Shown: in pieces, positions 9,686-19,903 of the stretch
How positions within the stretch are numbered: position 1 is the stretch's first letter
How the letters are laid out: every line of letters begins with the position of its first letter
Assembly: GCA_964564065.1 (NCBI GenBank)
Contig: CAZLZQ010000002.1
Coordinates: forward strand, 1 to 45,917
Reading direction: 5' to 3'
Length of the DNA: 45,917 bases
From: an uncultured Arcobacteraceae bacterium
GTDB taxonomy: Bacteria > Campylobacterota > Campylobacteria > Campylobacterales > Arcobacteraceae
The notes under the pieces: generated by a model
Told to the model about the DNA's origin: nothing
The model's input: the letters and a program-made list of their open reading frames with translations, nothing else
Databases searched by the model: none
Made by a program: the position numbers and the translations under genes

Positions 9686-11311
9686 TTAGTTTAAATCATT
9701 ATAACAAATTGGTTTTCCGAAATGGTAACCTTGCATATAATTAATACCCAAATGATTTACTTTTTCATATATCTCAGGGCTAGAAACAAACTCTGCTACT
9801 GTTTTTATATTTAACTTATGACAAAATTCAGAGATAGTTTCTACTATTAGTGCTTGTTTTGGAAGATGATCAATCTCTTTTATTAAAGAACCATCAATTT
9901 TAACAAAGTCAATATTTAAAGCTTCTAGCATATTGAAGTTTGAGTATCCAGCACCAAAATCATCAACACCTACATCACATCCATAACTACGAACTTCATC
10001 AATAAATCTACGAACCAAGTCAAAATCTTTAATCTCTTCACTCTCTAAAATCTCAAAATCAAGTAACTTTGCCTCTTCAGGATTAGAAATAAGAGTAAGG
10101 ATAATAAAATCATAAGTCTCTTTATTTGTAATATCATCAAAAGATACATTTACTGCTACTTTTATTTTCTTTATTTTAATTGTTTGAATTACACTTGTTA
10201 ACATAACTCTAATAATCGTTGGAAAAAGTTTTGCTTTTCGTGCAATTGGTAAAAATTTATATGGAGCTATCTCTGTTCCATCTTTTTCTATATATCTTAT
10301 TAATGATTCATATTTATAAATTTCTTGAGTTTTTGCATCAACAATTGGTTGAAAATATGGTTGAAAGCTACCATCTACAATTCCATCTTTTAACTTTTTA
10401 ATCCATTTAATGTTCTCTTCAAAGTCTGCTTTTTGATTAAAATTTGCTTTATCATAAATCATAAGCTGTACATATTTTTTTCTTGCTCGTTGAAGTACTC
10501 TTTGCGCATATTCAAAGGCATGTTGGTCTTCTGCTTGAGCCATACCTATAGTAATATTAAGATCAACAATACTGTCTGATAAAACAATACCATGAGTATC
10601 CATATGGCTTAAAAAGTTTTCAACAGATTGTCTAAAACTATCTTGCTTTTTTTCTTCATCTTTACATAAAACTACAAATTTGTCTGAACCAACTCTATAA
10701 ATTTTATACTCGTCACTTTTAAAATATTCTTTAATTTTTTTTGAAAATAGTTCTAATATCTCATCACCATTTTTTTCACCATAAAGATCATTTAATACTG
10801 AAAATTCATCTATATCTATAAGGGCGATCATTGATTGATTTAAAGATTTCATATCTTTTACTAAAGCATTTCTATTGGGTAGGAGAGTAAGTTGATCTAC
10901 ATAAAGATCTCTTAGCTCATGATACAATAAAGACTTAGCCATTGTATCAAGAAGTTTTTTGATGTTAATTGGCTTTAGAACATACTTATCTACACCTAAG
11001 TCAATTGCTTCTAAAAGGTATTCTGAATTTGAAAATGCAGTTGCTACAATAATAGGCATATTTGCATTTAGAGCTTTTATCTCTTTTGACATCTCAAGTC
11101 CACTCATATTTGGCATATTTACGTCTGTTATAACTAAGTCTATCTCATCTTGATTTGCTTTAAAGGATTCTAAACCTTCCGCACCATCAACACAAATAAA
11201 TTGTTTTTTTGTAAATGATTTTAAAATACCGCCAGTAACATCCCTTAAGCTATTTTCATCTTCACAATATAAAACTGTAATATCTTTTAATCTTGATACA
11301 TCTGCATTCAT
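9686..11311 (-). CDS. REC-GGDEF-EAL response regulator, probable c-di-GMP phosphodiesterase
   Basis: Receiver (CEDE, ITDVNMP, TAF, KP); degenerate GGDEF (VGSDKF); EAL domain (FQPI, YESLIR, EILE, DDFGAGYSN, KIDG, AEFV, QGY). ATG at 11311. Confidence 0.92.
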   Translation of the reverse strand: MNADVSRLKDITVLYCEDENSLRDVTGGILKSFTKKQFICVDGAEGLESFKANQDEIDLVITDVNMPNMSGLEMSKEIKALNANMPIIVATAFSNSEYLLEAIDLGVDKYVLKPINIKKLLDTMAKSLLYHELRDLYVDQLTLLPNRNALVKDMKSLNQSMIALIDIDEFSVLNDLYGEKNGDEILELFSKKIKEYFKSDEYKIYRVGSDKFVVLCKDEEKKQDSFRQSVENFLSHMDTHGIVLSDSIVDLNITIGMAQAEDQHAFEYAQRVLQRARKKYVQLMIYDKANFNQKADFEENIKWIKKLKDGIVDGSFQPYFQPIVDAKTQEIYKYESLIRYIEKDGTEIAPYKFLPIARKAKLFPTIIRVMLTSVIQTIKIKKIKVAVNVSFDDITNKETYDFIILTLISNPEEAKLLDFEILESEEIKDFDLVRRFIDEVRSYGCDVGVDDFGAGYSNFNMLEALNIDFVKIDGSLIKEIDHLPKQALIVETISEFCHKLNIKTVAEFVSSPEIYEKVNHLGINYMQGYHFGKPICYNDLN

Positions 11312-11380
11312 ATTTAATCTTCTTTTATAATAGTTTATTGGATATAATAACACAACTTAGGTAAAAGAGAATAAGAAACT

Positions 11381-11878
11381 GTGAATAATAATAAAAATAT
11401 TTTAATTTTGAATACAGGTGGTACATTTAATAAAGTTTATAATGAACTTAATGGAAAATTGATCGTACCAAAAGACAATAGTGCTATAGATAAAATCATA
11501 AAATCAATAAAAATAGAAACAATAACTGTAAAAGGGTTAATATATAAAGATAGTCTAGATATAGATAAGCAAGATAGAAAAGAGCTTGTATCGTGTATAA
11601 ATAGTTTAGATTATAAAAAAATAATTATTATTCATGGAACTGACACTATGGGTAAAACAGCTTCATATTTAAATAAATATATCAAAAATAAACAAATTGT
11701 ACTAACAGGAGCTATGATACCTTTTAGTATAGATTCTATTGAAGCTACTGCAAATCTTATGAGTGCTTATGGATTTATTTTAAATTGCTCAAAAGATGAT
11801 ACATATATATCTATGCATGGATTAGTAAAAAAATTTAATAAAATTAAAAAAAATAGAGAAATTGGAGTTTTTCAATGA
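11381..11878 (+). CDS. short asparaginase-domain protein
   Basis: NTGGTFNK, DSLD, HGTDTM, LTGAM motifs; N-terminal catalytic domain only. Confidence 0.85.
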   Translation: MNNNKNILILNTGGTFNKVYNELNGKLIVPKDNSAIDKIIKSIKIETITVKGLIYKDSLDIDKQDRKELVSCINSLDYKKIIIIHGTDTMGKTASYLNKYIKNKQIVLTGAMIPFSIDSIEATANLMSAYGFILNCSKDDTYISMHGLVKKFNKIKKNREIGVFQ

Positions 11879-14259
11879 GTATAGTTAAGTGTAGCCATTG
11901 TCACTTAGAGTTTGATGAAGGTGTAATGATAACAGAACCAAATAATCTATTTTTTTGCTGTAATGGTTGTCAAGGTGTTTATCATCTTCTAAAAGATGAT
12001 GGACTTGATAGTTTTTATGATAAAATGGGTAAAAATACTATTGCTCCACCTACGGCTGTTGGACAAGATAGTTCAAATTTTGATATGGAAAGTTTTTCAA
12101 AAAGATATATAAAGACCACTAATGAGGGTTTTTCTAAAGTTGACTTAATCATGGAAGGTATCCATTGTGCTGCTTGTATTTGGCTGAATGAAAAAGTACT
12201 AGATGAAACAGAAGGTATACTAGAAGTTAGTATTAATTTTACAAACAATAAAGCAAAAATAATATGGGATAACGATACCATAAAATTATCACAAATCATT
12301 GATAAAATTAGAAGTATAGGGTACAACGCTTATCCATATGATCGAACTCAAAGTGATATAAAAGCTACTGCAAATAAAAAAGATTATTTTATGAGAATGA
12401 GTATAGCTATTTTTGCATCTATGAATATTATGATGATAGGTGTAGCTAAATATACAGGTTTTTTTATGGGTATGGATCCTGAAATGCTTCGTATTGTACA
12501 TATGGCAGAATTTATATTTTCTACTCCTGTTTTATTTTATAGTGGTTGGATATTTTTTAGAGGTGCTTACTATGGTCTAAAAAATAGAATAATCAATATG
12601 GATTTTTTAGTTAGTGCTGGTGCTACTTTAACTTATATTTATTCACTTTATGTACTATTTGGGGGAGCTGGTCATAGTTATTTTGATAGTGTTGCTATGA
12701 TAATAACATTTGTTCTAGTAGGAAAATACCTTGAAGTTATTGGCAAAAAAGGTGCTGTTGACACAATGGATAAAATAAAATCTCAAATACCTCTAGAGGC
12801 TACTATTATTGTAGATGGTGGCAAAAAAACAGTAGCTCTTGATGAGATACAAGTAGATGATATCATAGAGGTAAAAAATGGAGAAAAAGCTTCTGTTGAT
12901 GGTATAGTTATATCAGGTGATTCTTCATTTGATGAGAGTAGCATAAGTGGTGAATCGTTACCTGTAACAAAAAAGATTGGTGATAAAATTTATAGTGGAA
13001 CTATAAATACAAATGCAGTGATTAGATATAAAGCAGTAAAAGATTATGCAAACTCTACACTTAATAATATTGTAGAACTTTTAGAAGATTCTTTAAATTC
13101 TAAACCAAAAATTGAAGACACCACAAATGAACTATCAAAATATTTTTCAATAGCTATTTTATCTATAGCTTTAGGTACTTTTATGGGATGGTATTTTTAC
13201 AATGGAGATTTTGAAAACGCTCTTATTATTGCAATATCTGTTATAGTTATTGCCTGCCCTTGTGCCTTAGCATTAGCAACACCAATTGCAAGCTTGATAG
13301 GGGTTAGTTGGTTAGCAAGAGAAGGTATATTATTTAAAGAAGCAAAATTTATTGAAACTTTTTCAAATACATCTACAATTGTTTTAGATAAGACAGGAAC
13401 TATTACAACTGGTAACCTAAGTGTAATATCTAATGATAACAATATTTTAAATAAAGAAAATATAAATTTACTTTATTCATTGGCAGATAGCTCAACCCAC
13501 CCAGTAAGTATTGCAGTAAAAAAATATCTTATTGGAAAATATAAAGATATAGAAAGTATAGAACTAGAAAATATTGAACAACTTCCATCTTCAGGTATAA
13601 AAGCTAAATATAAAAACTTAACACTTTTTGGTGGAAGAATAGATGACAATACAGAACATAAATCTACCATTTATCAATTTAGTATAGATGGCAAAATCAT
13701 AACAACTTTTGAGTTAGAAGATACAATAAGAGATGATGCAAAACAAACTATATCATACCTCCAAAATGAAGGTATAGAGGTGATTATGTGTAGTGGAGAT
13801 AATCAGCATATTGTATCAAAAGTTGCTAGCGAAGTTGGTATAAAAGAATTTAAATCAAAAATGTCACCAATAGATAAAGCAAATTTTATCAATCAACTTC
13901 AAAAAGATAAAAAAATAGTAGTGATGGCAGGTGATGGTATAAATGATTCTTTAGCATTAAGCAGAGCTGATATATCAATAGCTATGGGAAATGGTGCTGA
14001 TATAGCAATTGCAGTAAGTGATATAGTTATCTTAAATGATAAACTAGATGGTATCAAAAAAAGTATCTATATATCAAAAAGAACATTTAGATTTATCAAG
14101 CAAAACCTAGCTATATCATTGGTATATAATACTATTACGATACCAATTGCAATGGCAGGATATGTTATACCTCTTGTTGCTGCATTATCTATGAGTATAA
14201 GCTCATTATTAGTTGTAGGAAATAGTACAAGAATAAAAAATAATAAATTAGGAAAATAG
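11875..14259 (+). CDS. ccoI: P1B-type Cu-translocating ATPase CcoI/FixI
   Basis: CSHC and CCNGC N-terminal sites, HCAAC HMA domain, SGES, CPC, DKTGT, HP, GDGIND, YN, MSISS; adjacent to ccoS. Confidence 0.9.
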   Translation: MSIVKCSHCHLEFDEGVMITEPNNLFFCCNGCQGVYHLLKDDGLDSFYDKMGKNTIAPPTAVGQDSSNFDMESFSKRYIKTTNEGFSKVDLIMEGIHCAACIWLNEKVLDETEGILEVSINFTNNKAKIIWDNDTIKLSQIIDKIRSIGYNAYPYDRTQSDIKATANKKDYFMRMSIAIFASMNIMMIGVAKYTGFFMGMDPEMLRIVHMAEFIFSTPVLFYSGWIFFRGAYYGLKNRIINMDFLVSAGATLTYIYSLYVLFGGAGHSYFDSVAMIITFVLVGKYLEVIGKKGAVDTMDKIKSQIPLEATIIVDGGKKTVALDEIQVDDIIEVKNGEKASVDGIVISGDSSFDESSISGESLPVTKKIGDKIYSGTINTNAVIRYKAVKDYANSTLNNIVELLEDSLNSKPKIEDTTNELSKYFSIAILSIALGTFMGWYFYNGDFENALIIAISVIVIACPCALALATPIASLIGVSWLAREGILFKEAKFIETFSNTSTIVLDKTGTITTGNLSVISNDNNILNKENINLLYSLADSSTHPVSIAVKKYLIGKYKDIESIELENIEQLPSSGIKAKYKNLTLFGGRIDDNTEHKSTIYQFSIDGKIITTFELEDTIRDDAKQTISYLQNEGIEVIMCSGDNQHIVSKVASEVGIKEFKSKMSPIDKANFINQLQKDKKIVVMAGDGINDSLALSRADISIAMGNGADIAIAVSDIVILNDKLDGIKKSIYISKRTFRFIKQNLAISLVYNTITIPIAMAGYVIPLVAALSMSISSLLVVGNSTRIKNNKLGK

Positions 14260-14260
14260 T

Positions 14261-14494
14261 ATGAATGGAATATTATGGATGGAGTTAGTTGTAGGTATTA
14301 TTGTTAGTTTTTCCCTATTAGCTATATTTATTTGGGGTGCTAGACAAGGTCAATTTGATGATGGTAAAAAGATGATGAATGGTTTATTAAATGATAGTGT
14401 TGATGACTTGCAAGATGCAATCAAAAAAGATGAAAAAGTAAAAATGATGAAAGCTAAAAAAGCCAAAGAGATGGAAAGTAAAAAAATAGATTAA
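14261..14494 (+). CDS. ccoS: cbb3-type cytochrome oxidase assembly protein CcoS
   Basis: TM helix followed by FIWGARQGQFDD; downstream of ccoI. Confidence 0.9.
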   Translation: MNGILWMELVVGIIVSFSLLAIFIWGARQGQFDDGKKMMNGLLNDSVDDLQDAIKKDEKVKMMKAKKAKEMESKKID

Positions 14495-14530
14495 AAAAAA
14501 AGCCAACCATTTAAAATGGCTAGCTTTTTT
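14495..14530. terminator. bidirectional rho-independent terminator
   Basis: A-tract, AGCCAACCATT-TAA-AATGGCTAGCT, T-tract, between convergent ccoS and cytochrome c genes. Confidence 0.7.
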
Positions 14531-14555
14531 AAATAAAGTTAGTTAAAAAAACTAA

Positions 14556-14828
14556 TTATTTACCAAGACCTGTACCTTTTAAATCAGCATCACTATATTT
14601 AGCAACTTGACCTTTCATAATACCTTTCATTGGTCCACCATATGTACCAGCTTTGTATCCTACAAGTGCAGCAGAAACTTCAGCTTTAGTCATATCACTA
14701 ACAACTTTAGATTTACCTAAAGCATGTTTTTCAAAGTTTGCACCATGACAACCTTTACAAGCTCCTAAATTAACTGCAGCAAATGCAGCAACACTTAATA
14801 CTAATGTTCCTAATACGATTTTTTTCAT
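14556..14828 (-). CDS. periplasmic cytochrome c553-like monoheme cytochrome
   Basis: Signal peptide MKKIVLGTLVLSVAAFA, CKGCHG, YGGPMKGIMKGQ; AGGAGA RBS upstream of ATG 14828. Confidence 0.93.
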   Translation of the reverse strand: MKKIVLGTLVLSVAAFAAVNLGACKGCHGANFEKHALGKSKVVSDMTKAEVSAALVGYKAGTYGGPMKGIMKGQVAKYSDADLKGTGLGK

Positions 14829-14914
14829 ATTGAATCTCCTAAATTTAAATTGAGTAAATGATACTAGTAAAATACTTTGAGTTATCTTAGAGTAATTAGG
14901 ATAAAATACCATTT

Positions 14915-15517
14915 ATGAAAGAAAATAATATATTAGAAATAAAAAATTTAACTTTTGGTTATAGTAGAGATCATCTCATTTATGAGAACTTTAATCTTAC
15001 TTTACAAAAAGGTGAAATAAAGTCAATTGTTGGGGCAAGTGGAAGTGGAAAATCTACACTATTTGAATTAATCTCAAAAAATATAAAACCACTTAATGGA
15101 AGAATTAAAACAAAAAAAATAGCATCTATATACCAAGATCCTTATAGCTCATTTCATCCAACATATTGTATACAAGAACAAATAGACGATGTCGTAAAAT
15201 CATATACTCAAAAAGAATTTGATAGTTTACTAAAGACCCTAAACTTAGAAAAAGAACTACTCAAAAAAAAGCCACATCACTTAAGTGGTGGACAACTACA
15301 AAGATGTAGTATATTAAGAGCTGTATTGATGAAGCCAGATCTACTTTTAGCCGATGAGCCTACAAGTGCTTTGGATAATATAACAGCACTAGAAACTATG
15401 CAGATGTTAGTTAAGTTTTTAGATAGATTTGGTATTCTTCTAATTACGCATGATAGTAGCTTAGCTTTATGGTGTAGTGATAAAATAATAAATATTGATA
15501 AAGGTGATAATATATGA
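14915..15517 (+). CDS. ABC transporter ATP-binding protein (stand-alone)
   Basis: GASGSGKST, YQDPYSS, LSGGQLQR, LLADEPTSALD, ITHD. Confidence 0.88.
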   Translation: MKENNILEIKNLTFGYSRDHLIYENFNLTLQKGEIKSIVGASGSGKSTLFELISKNIKPLNGRIKTKKIASIYQDPYSSFHPTYCIQEQIDDVVKSYTQKEFDSLLKTLNLEKELLKKKPHHLSGGQLQRCSILRAVLMKPDLLLADEPTSALDNITALETMQMLVKFLDRFGILLITHDSSLALWCSDKIINIDKGDNI

Positions 15518-16431
15518 AAGCGTTAGTATTACTAAACATGGGAGCTGCTAGAAGTAAAGATGAGCTAGAGGTGTTTTTAAGAAATATGTTCAATGATAAA
15601 AATATCTTAACAATAAAAAATGACACTATACGCTCAATGATTGCATCATTTATTGTATACAATAGAGTTGATAAAGCATGGAAAAATTATGAGCAAATAG
15701 GTGGTAAGTCACCACTCCATCAATTAACTGATAAATTAGTTGAAAAACTACAAGAGCAACTACCAGATTATTTTGTAACAACAGCTATGAGATACACTTC
15801 ACCATTTGCCCAAACAGCAGTTGCAAGGATAAAAGAGAAAAATATCACAGATGTTACTTTATTACCACTTTATCCTCAATATTCAACAACAACAACAAAA
15901 TCAAGTGTAGAAGACTTTTTAGAAAAAGCAAATAATCAATTCAATATCACCACTATAGAACCTTTTTTTCAAGATGAAACTTACAATCGTGCAATTTGTA
16001 ATGATATAGTAAAAACTAATGCAAAATATGATGACTTTCATCTTATATTTTCAGCACATGGTTTACCTCAAAAAATAGTAAATAATGGTGATCCCTATCA
16101 AAAACAAATTGAAGAACATCTTGATCTTCTTAAAGAAAAACTATCACACTATGCTACAAATTTTAAATCTATAAATTTAGCATATCAATCAAAAGTTGGA
16201 CCAATGAAATGGCTAACTCCTAGCTTAGATAAAATGCTTGAAAATTTTAAAGATAAAAAGGTGATAATATACCCAATATCATTTATAATTGACAATAGTG
16301 AAACTGTATTTGAGCTAGATATAGAGTATAGAGAATTAGCTGAAAAGATAGGTATTAAAGAGTATAAAGTTGTAAAATGTTTAAATAATAATGATCTATT
16401 TATTAACTCTATAAAAAGTTTACTTAATTAA
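15514..16431 (+). CDS. hemH: ferrochelatase
   Basis: LLNMG, IGGKSPL, AMRY, LPLYPQYSTTT, FSAHGLP, AYQSKVGPMKWL, DNSETVFELD. Confidence 0.96.
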   Translation: MKALVLLNMGAARSKDELEVFLRNMFNDKNILTIKNDTIRSMIASFIVYNRVDKAWKNYEQIGGKSPLHQLTDKLVEKLQEQLPDYFVTTAMRYTSPFAQTAVARIKEKNITDVTLLPLYPQYSTTTTKSSVEDFLEKANNQFNITTIEPFFQDETYNRAICNDIVKTNAKYDDFHLIFSAHGLPQKIVNNGDPYQKQIEEHLDLLKEKLSHYATNFKSINLAYQSKVGPMKWLTPSLDKMLENFKDKKVIIYPISFIIDNSETVFELDIEYRELAEKIGIKEYKVVKCLNNNDLFINSIKSLLN

Positions 16432-16475
16432 CCATAGTATATCATTTTTACTTATATCATAATTAAGCTCATTGA

Positions 16476-16484
16476 TGTTATAAT
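16476..16484 (+). promoter_or_regulatory. extended -10 promoter (TGnTATAAT) of the CZB chemoreceptor
   Basis: TGTTATAAT about 30 nt upstream of the RBS-supported ATG 16515. Confidence 0.6.
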
Positions 16485-16514
16485 TTATAAATTTATTTAA
16501 TGAAGGATTATTCA

Positions 16515-18029
16515 ATGTTTTTTGGAAATGATAATAAGAAAGATCAAGAGATAGAAGATTTAAAAAAAAGAATTTTAGAATTAGAATCGAAACAAAATGA
16601 AGATGATAAAATAATAGATGATATAAATGATGTATTATTAAAAGTAGAAAAAGGGTTATTTGATCTGACTGTTAAACAAAATAGTTCAAATCCAAAATTA
16701 AACTCTATAAAAGATAATCTAAACAAAGCATTAAATTCAAATGCCAATCTTGCTCAAAGAACTGTAACAACACTTATTGAATATGGAAAAGCAAATTTTG
16801 AACATGATGTAAGTATAGAAGGCTTAAGTGGAAAATTTGGTTCAGTATTATTAGGTGTAAGATCACTTGGAAATAGTATCTCTGAGCTTTTAGCACTTTT
16901 AGATATTACTTCAACTAAATTAAATCTTGAGATGATTGAATTAAATTCAGCATCTAACTCTTTAGCATCATCATCAAATACACAAGCTGCGTCATTAGAG
17001 GAAACAGCAGCAGCACTTGAAGAGATCACAGGTACGATAATAGGTACAGCACAAAATAGCCATCAGATGGAACAGTTATCAAAAAATGTACAAAATTCTG
17101 CTGCTAAAGGTCAAAAACTTGCAAGTGACACTATGAAATCTATGGATAGTATAAATAATGAAGTTAGTGCTATTGAAGAGGCTATTGTAGTAATAGATCA
17201 GATCTCATTTCAAACAAATATTTTAAGTTTAAATGCTGCAGTTGAAGCAGCAACTGCAGGTGAAGCTGGAAAAGGTTTTGCTGTAGTTGCACAAGAGGTT
17301 AGAAACTTAGCAGGAAGAAGTGCTGAAGCAGCTAGAGAGATAAAAGAGATTGTACATAAAGCAAAAGAGAAAGCTACCTTTGGTAAAGATATCACTACAA
17401 ATATGATAGATGGCTATGATATTTTAAATGATAATATTGAAAAACAACTTAAAATTATAGAAGATGTATCACTAGCATCTAATGAACAACGAATGGCAAT
17501 CGAACAGATCAATGATGCAGTAGCAGAACTTGATAAAACAACTCAACAAAATGCTGCTGCCGCTGCTCAAATTAATTCTCAAATTGAACATATACAAGAA
17601 TTATCTAGTACCTTAGTAGATGTTGTAGGTAATACTACATATTTAAAAATTGCAAAAGAACAAGTATGTGATATAGATATGATGTTTACATTAAACAAAC
17701 TAAAACTTGATCATATAAACTTTAAAGATACTAACTTCAAAAAGTTAAATGATAAAACTACATTTAAAGTGACAAATCATCATCAATGTGCTCTAGGTAA
17801 ATGGATGGATGAACAAGAAAATAGTAAAAAGAGTTTTACACAAACATCAAACTGGACACATCTAAAAGAGGTGCATAAAAATGTACATAATAAAGTACAA
17901 AATATAATAGATGCAAATAGTCAAGAAAATATTACTAAAGTTTTAAATGATACTGTAGATATTGATAAAGCTATATCTGATGTATTTTTAACAATTCAGC
18001 AAGTAAAAAGAGATAACTGTAAAAATTAA
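16515..18029 (+). CDS. soluble methyl-accepting chemotaxis protein with C-terminal CZB domain
   Basis: No TM segment; MCP tip [31 protein letters not shown]; CZB ligands [27 protein letters not shown] at 16503-07 favours ATG 16515. Confidence 0.92.
   Translation: MFFGNDNKKDQEIEDLKKRILELESKQNEDDKIIDDINDVLLKVEKGLFDLTVKQNSSNPKLNSIKDNLNKALNSNANLAQRTVTTLIEYGKANFEHDVSIEGLSGKFGSVLLGVRSLGNSISELLALLDITSTKLNLEMIELNSASNSLASSSNTQAASLEETAAALEEITGTIIGTAQNSHQMEQLSKNVQNSAAKGQKLASDTMKSMDSINNEVSAIEEAIVVIDQISFQTNILSLNAAVEAATAGEAGKGFAVVAQEVRNLAGRSAEAAREIKEIVHKAKEKATFGKDITTNMIDGYDILNDNIEKQLKIIEDVSLASNEQRMAIEQINDAVAELDKTTQQNAAAAAQINSQIEHIQELSSTLVDVVGNTTYLKIAKEQVCDIDMMFTLNKLKLDHINFKDTNFKKLNDKTTFKVTNHHQCALGKWMDEQENSKKSFTQTSNWTHLKEVHKNVHNKVQNIIDANSQENITKVLNDTVDIDKAISDVFLTIQQVKRDNCKN
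17193..17305 (+). repeat. 113-bp near-identical repeat, copy 1 (MCP signalling tip); copy 2 at 21413-21525
   Basis: Manual alignment: 5 mismatches in 113 nt, all synonymous. Confidence 0.85.
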
Positions 18030-18038
18030 GTTTAATGA

Positions 18039-18073
18039 TCGTTCATACTATATTCATTTAGCTTAACTATACT
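18039..18073 (+). promoter_or_regulatory. TTCAT-N6-TTCAT tandem box plus -10 TATACT upstream of the response regulator (probably leaderless)
   Basis: TTCAT at 18042-46 and 18053-57, 10-nt spacer, TATACT 18068-73, ATG 6 nt later, no SD sequence. Confidence 0.7.
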
Positions 18074-18079
18074 TAACTT

Positions 18080-18757
18080 ATGAAAATTTTAATAGTTGAA
18101 GACGATATTAAAATATCAGCTTTTTTAGAAAAAGGGTTGATTGAAGAAAACTATACTGTTGATTGTTGTTTTGATGGTGAAGAGGGACTTTATCTTACAT
18201 CGACAAATCATTATGATTTAATTATTTTAGACATAATGATACCTAGTATTGATGGCATAACACTATGCACAAATTTAAGAAAAATTGGAAACAATACTCC
18301 TATTATTATGCTTACTGCAAAAAGCTCTATTGAAGATACCGTATCAGGTCTAAATAGTGGCGCAAATGACTATATTACCAAACCTTTCTCATTAGATATT
18401 TTAATAGCAAGAGTAAAAGTTCAACTAAGAGATAATGACGCTTTAACAAATATTTTACAAATAGCCGACTTGAAACTTGACTGTGATAAAAAACTAGTAA
18501 CTAGAGATGGTGAGATTATAAAACTTAGCTCAAAAGAGTATATGTTACTTGAATATCTTATGAGAAATAATAATAAAGTTATTACAGAAGATATGATAAA
18601 TAACTCACTATGGGATATGGATGTTCAAACTGCAAGTAATATTATCAATGTTTATATATACCGTTTAAGAAAAAAGATTGATAAAAATAGTGATATAAAA
18701 CTACTTCATACGATACGAGGAATGGGATATAAAATAAGTAAAGATCAAAATGTTTAA
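18080..18757 (+). CDS. OmpR/PhoB-family response regulator (CusR/CzcR-like)
   Basis: IVEDD, ILDIMIP, MLTA, GANDYITKPF; winged helix with NVYIYRLRKKID and TIRGMGY. Confidence 0.95.
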   Translation: MKILIVEDDIKISAFLEKGLIEENYTVDCCFDGEEGLYLTSTNHYDLIILDIMIPSIDGITLCTNLRKIGNNTPIIMLTAKSSIEDTVSGLNSGANDYITKPFSLDILIARVKVQLRDNDALTNILQIADLKLDCDKKLVTRDGEIIKLSSKEYMLLEYLMRNNNKVITEDMINNSLWDMDVQTASNIINVYIYRLRKKIDKNSDIKLLHTIRGMGYKISKDQNV

Positions 18758-19790
18758 AAATATAAAAACTAAACTTCTTGTTTGGTATTCAATAACTATT
18801 GTAATTGTACTATTTATATTTTCTTATATTATTGTAAATGAATTTACAAAACTTGTAAAACAACAAGAAACCCCTATCGATACATCGATTCAACATTTAG
18901 AAAGTCTTTTAATACTATGGATACCAATACTATTAATCATATCTATAGTTATAGGTTATTTTATAATTAAAAATGCACTAATACCAGTAAAAAAAACTAT
19001 TGATGAAGTAAAAGAGATAGAAGCAAATAAATTAGAAAAAAGATTAACACCTCACACTTCAAATGATGAGATAGATGAACTTGTAACTACATTTAATTTT
19101 ATGCTTGATAAACTTGATGATTCATTTTCTAAGATTAAACAATTTTCAAATGATGTTTCACATGAACTCAAAACTCCTCTTACAATCATAAGGGGCGAAA
19201 TTGAGTTAGGACTAAGAAAAGAGCGAACAAATAATGAGTATAAAAATATATTAGAAAGTACTCTAGAGGAAACAAAAAAACTACAAGATCTTATAGATAG
19301 TTTATTGTTCCTATCAAAAACTGACAGTAGTGAAATAAAATCAAAATTTATATTAGTCGATATTGATGATATTATAACAGATGTTATAGCATCAAATAAA
19401 TTAGAAATTAAAGAAAAAAATTTACAATTTATTTTTGAAAAGTTTGAAAATATAAACTGCCTGTGTCACCCACTACTTTTAAAGATTTTGATTGGTAATC
19501 TTATCCATAATGCAATAAAATATTCAAATAAAGATTCTAATATTGAGATATATTTAGATAATAATTCTTTTACTATCAAAGATTATGGAATAGGTATAAA
19601 AAAAGAGGCTATCAAAAATGTTTTTGATAGATTTTATAGAGTAGATAAAGCTAGAGGAAAATCTGGTTATGGACTAGGTCTTTCTATAGTTAAATCTATT
19701 GCTAAACTACATAATTTTAGTATTGATATTACAAGTAAATATAATATATGTACTAAATTTACACTAAATCTTACAAAGGAGATTCATTGA
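18750..19790 (+). CDS. sensor histidine kinase (2 TM, very short loop, HAMP, HisKA, HATPase)
   Basis: TM ~9-29 and ~53-73; H-box SNDVSHELKTPL; NLIHNAIKY, DYGIGI, FDRFYR, GYGLGLSI. Confidence 0.95.
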   Translation: MFKNIKTKLLVWYSITIVIVLFIFSYIIVNEFTKLVKQQETPIDTSIQHLESLLILWIPILLIISIVIGYFIIKNALIPVKKTIDEVKEIEANKLEKRLTPHTSNDEIDELVTTFNFMLDKLDDSFSKIKQFSNDVSHELKTPLTIIRGEIELGLRKERTNNEYKNILESTLEETKKLQDLIDSLLFLSKTDSSEIKSKFILVDIDDIITDVIASNKLEIKEKNLQFIFEKFENINCLCHPLLLKILIGNLIHNAIKYSNKDSNIEIYLDNNSFTIKDYGIGIKKEAIKNVFDRFYRVDKARGKSGYGLGLSIVKSIAKLHNFSIDITSKYNICTKFTLNLTKEIH

Positions 19791-19882
19791 AAAACAATAA
19801 ACTAATGCTAATATATGGGACAATTTTACTTTCTGCATTTCTATATTTTTACCTATCAATTCCAATTCCAAGTTATAAATAA
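19787..19882 (+). CDS. putative 31-aa single-pass membrane peptide (not in the ORF track)
   Basis: AAGGAG at 19776-81; TTG 19787 overlaps the kinase stop (TTGA); MKNNKLMLIYGTILLSAFLYFYLSIPIPSYK; TAA at 19880-82. Confidence 0.6.
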   Translation: MKNNKLMLIYGTILLSAFLYFYLSIPIPSYK

Positions 19883-19903
19883 TATTATAATAATTTATAA
19901 TAT

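Noticed and set aside
11875-14494. ccoIS without ccoNOQP as an anomaly
   Set aside because: Separation of these maturation genes from the structural operon is common in Campylobacterota.
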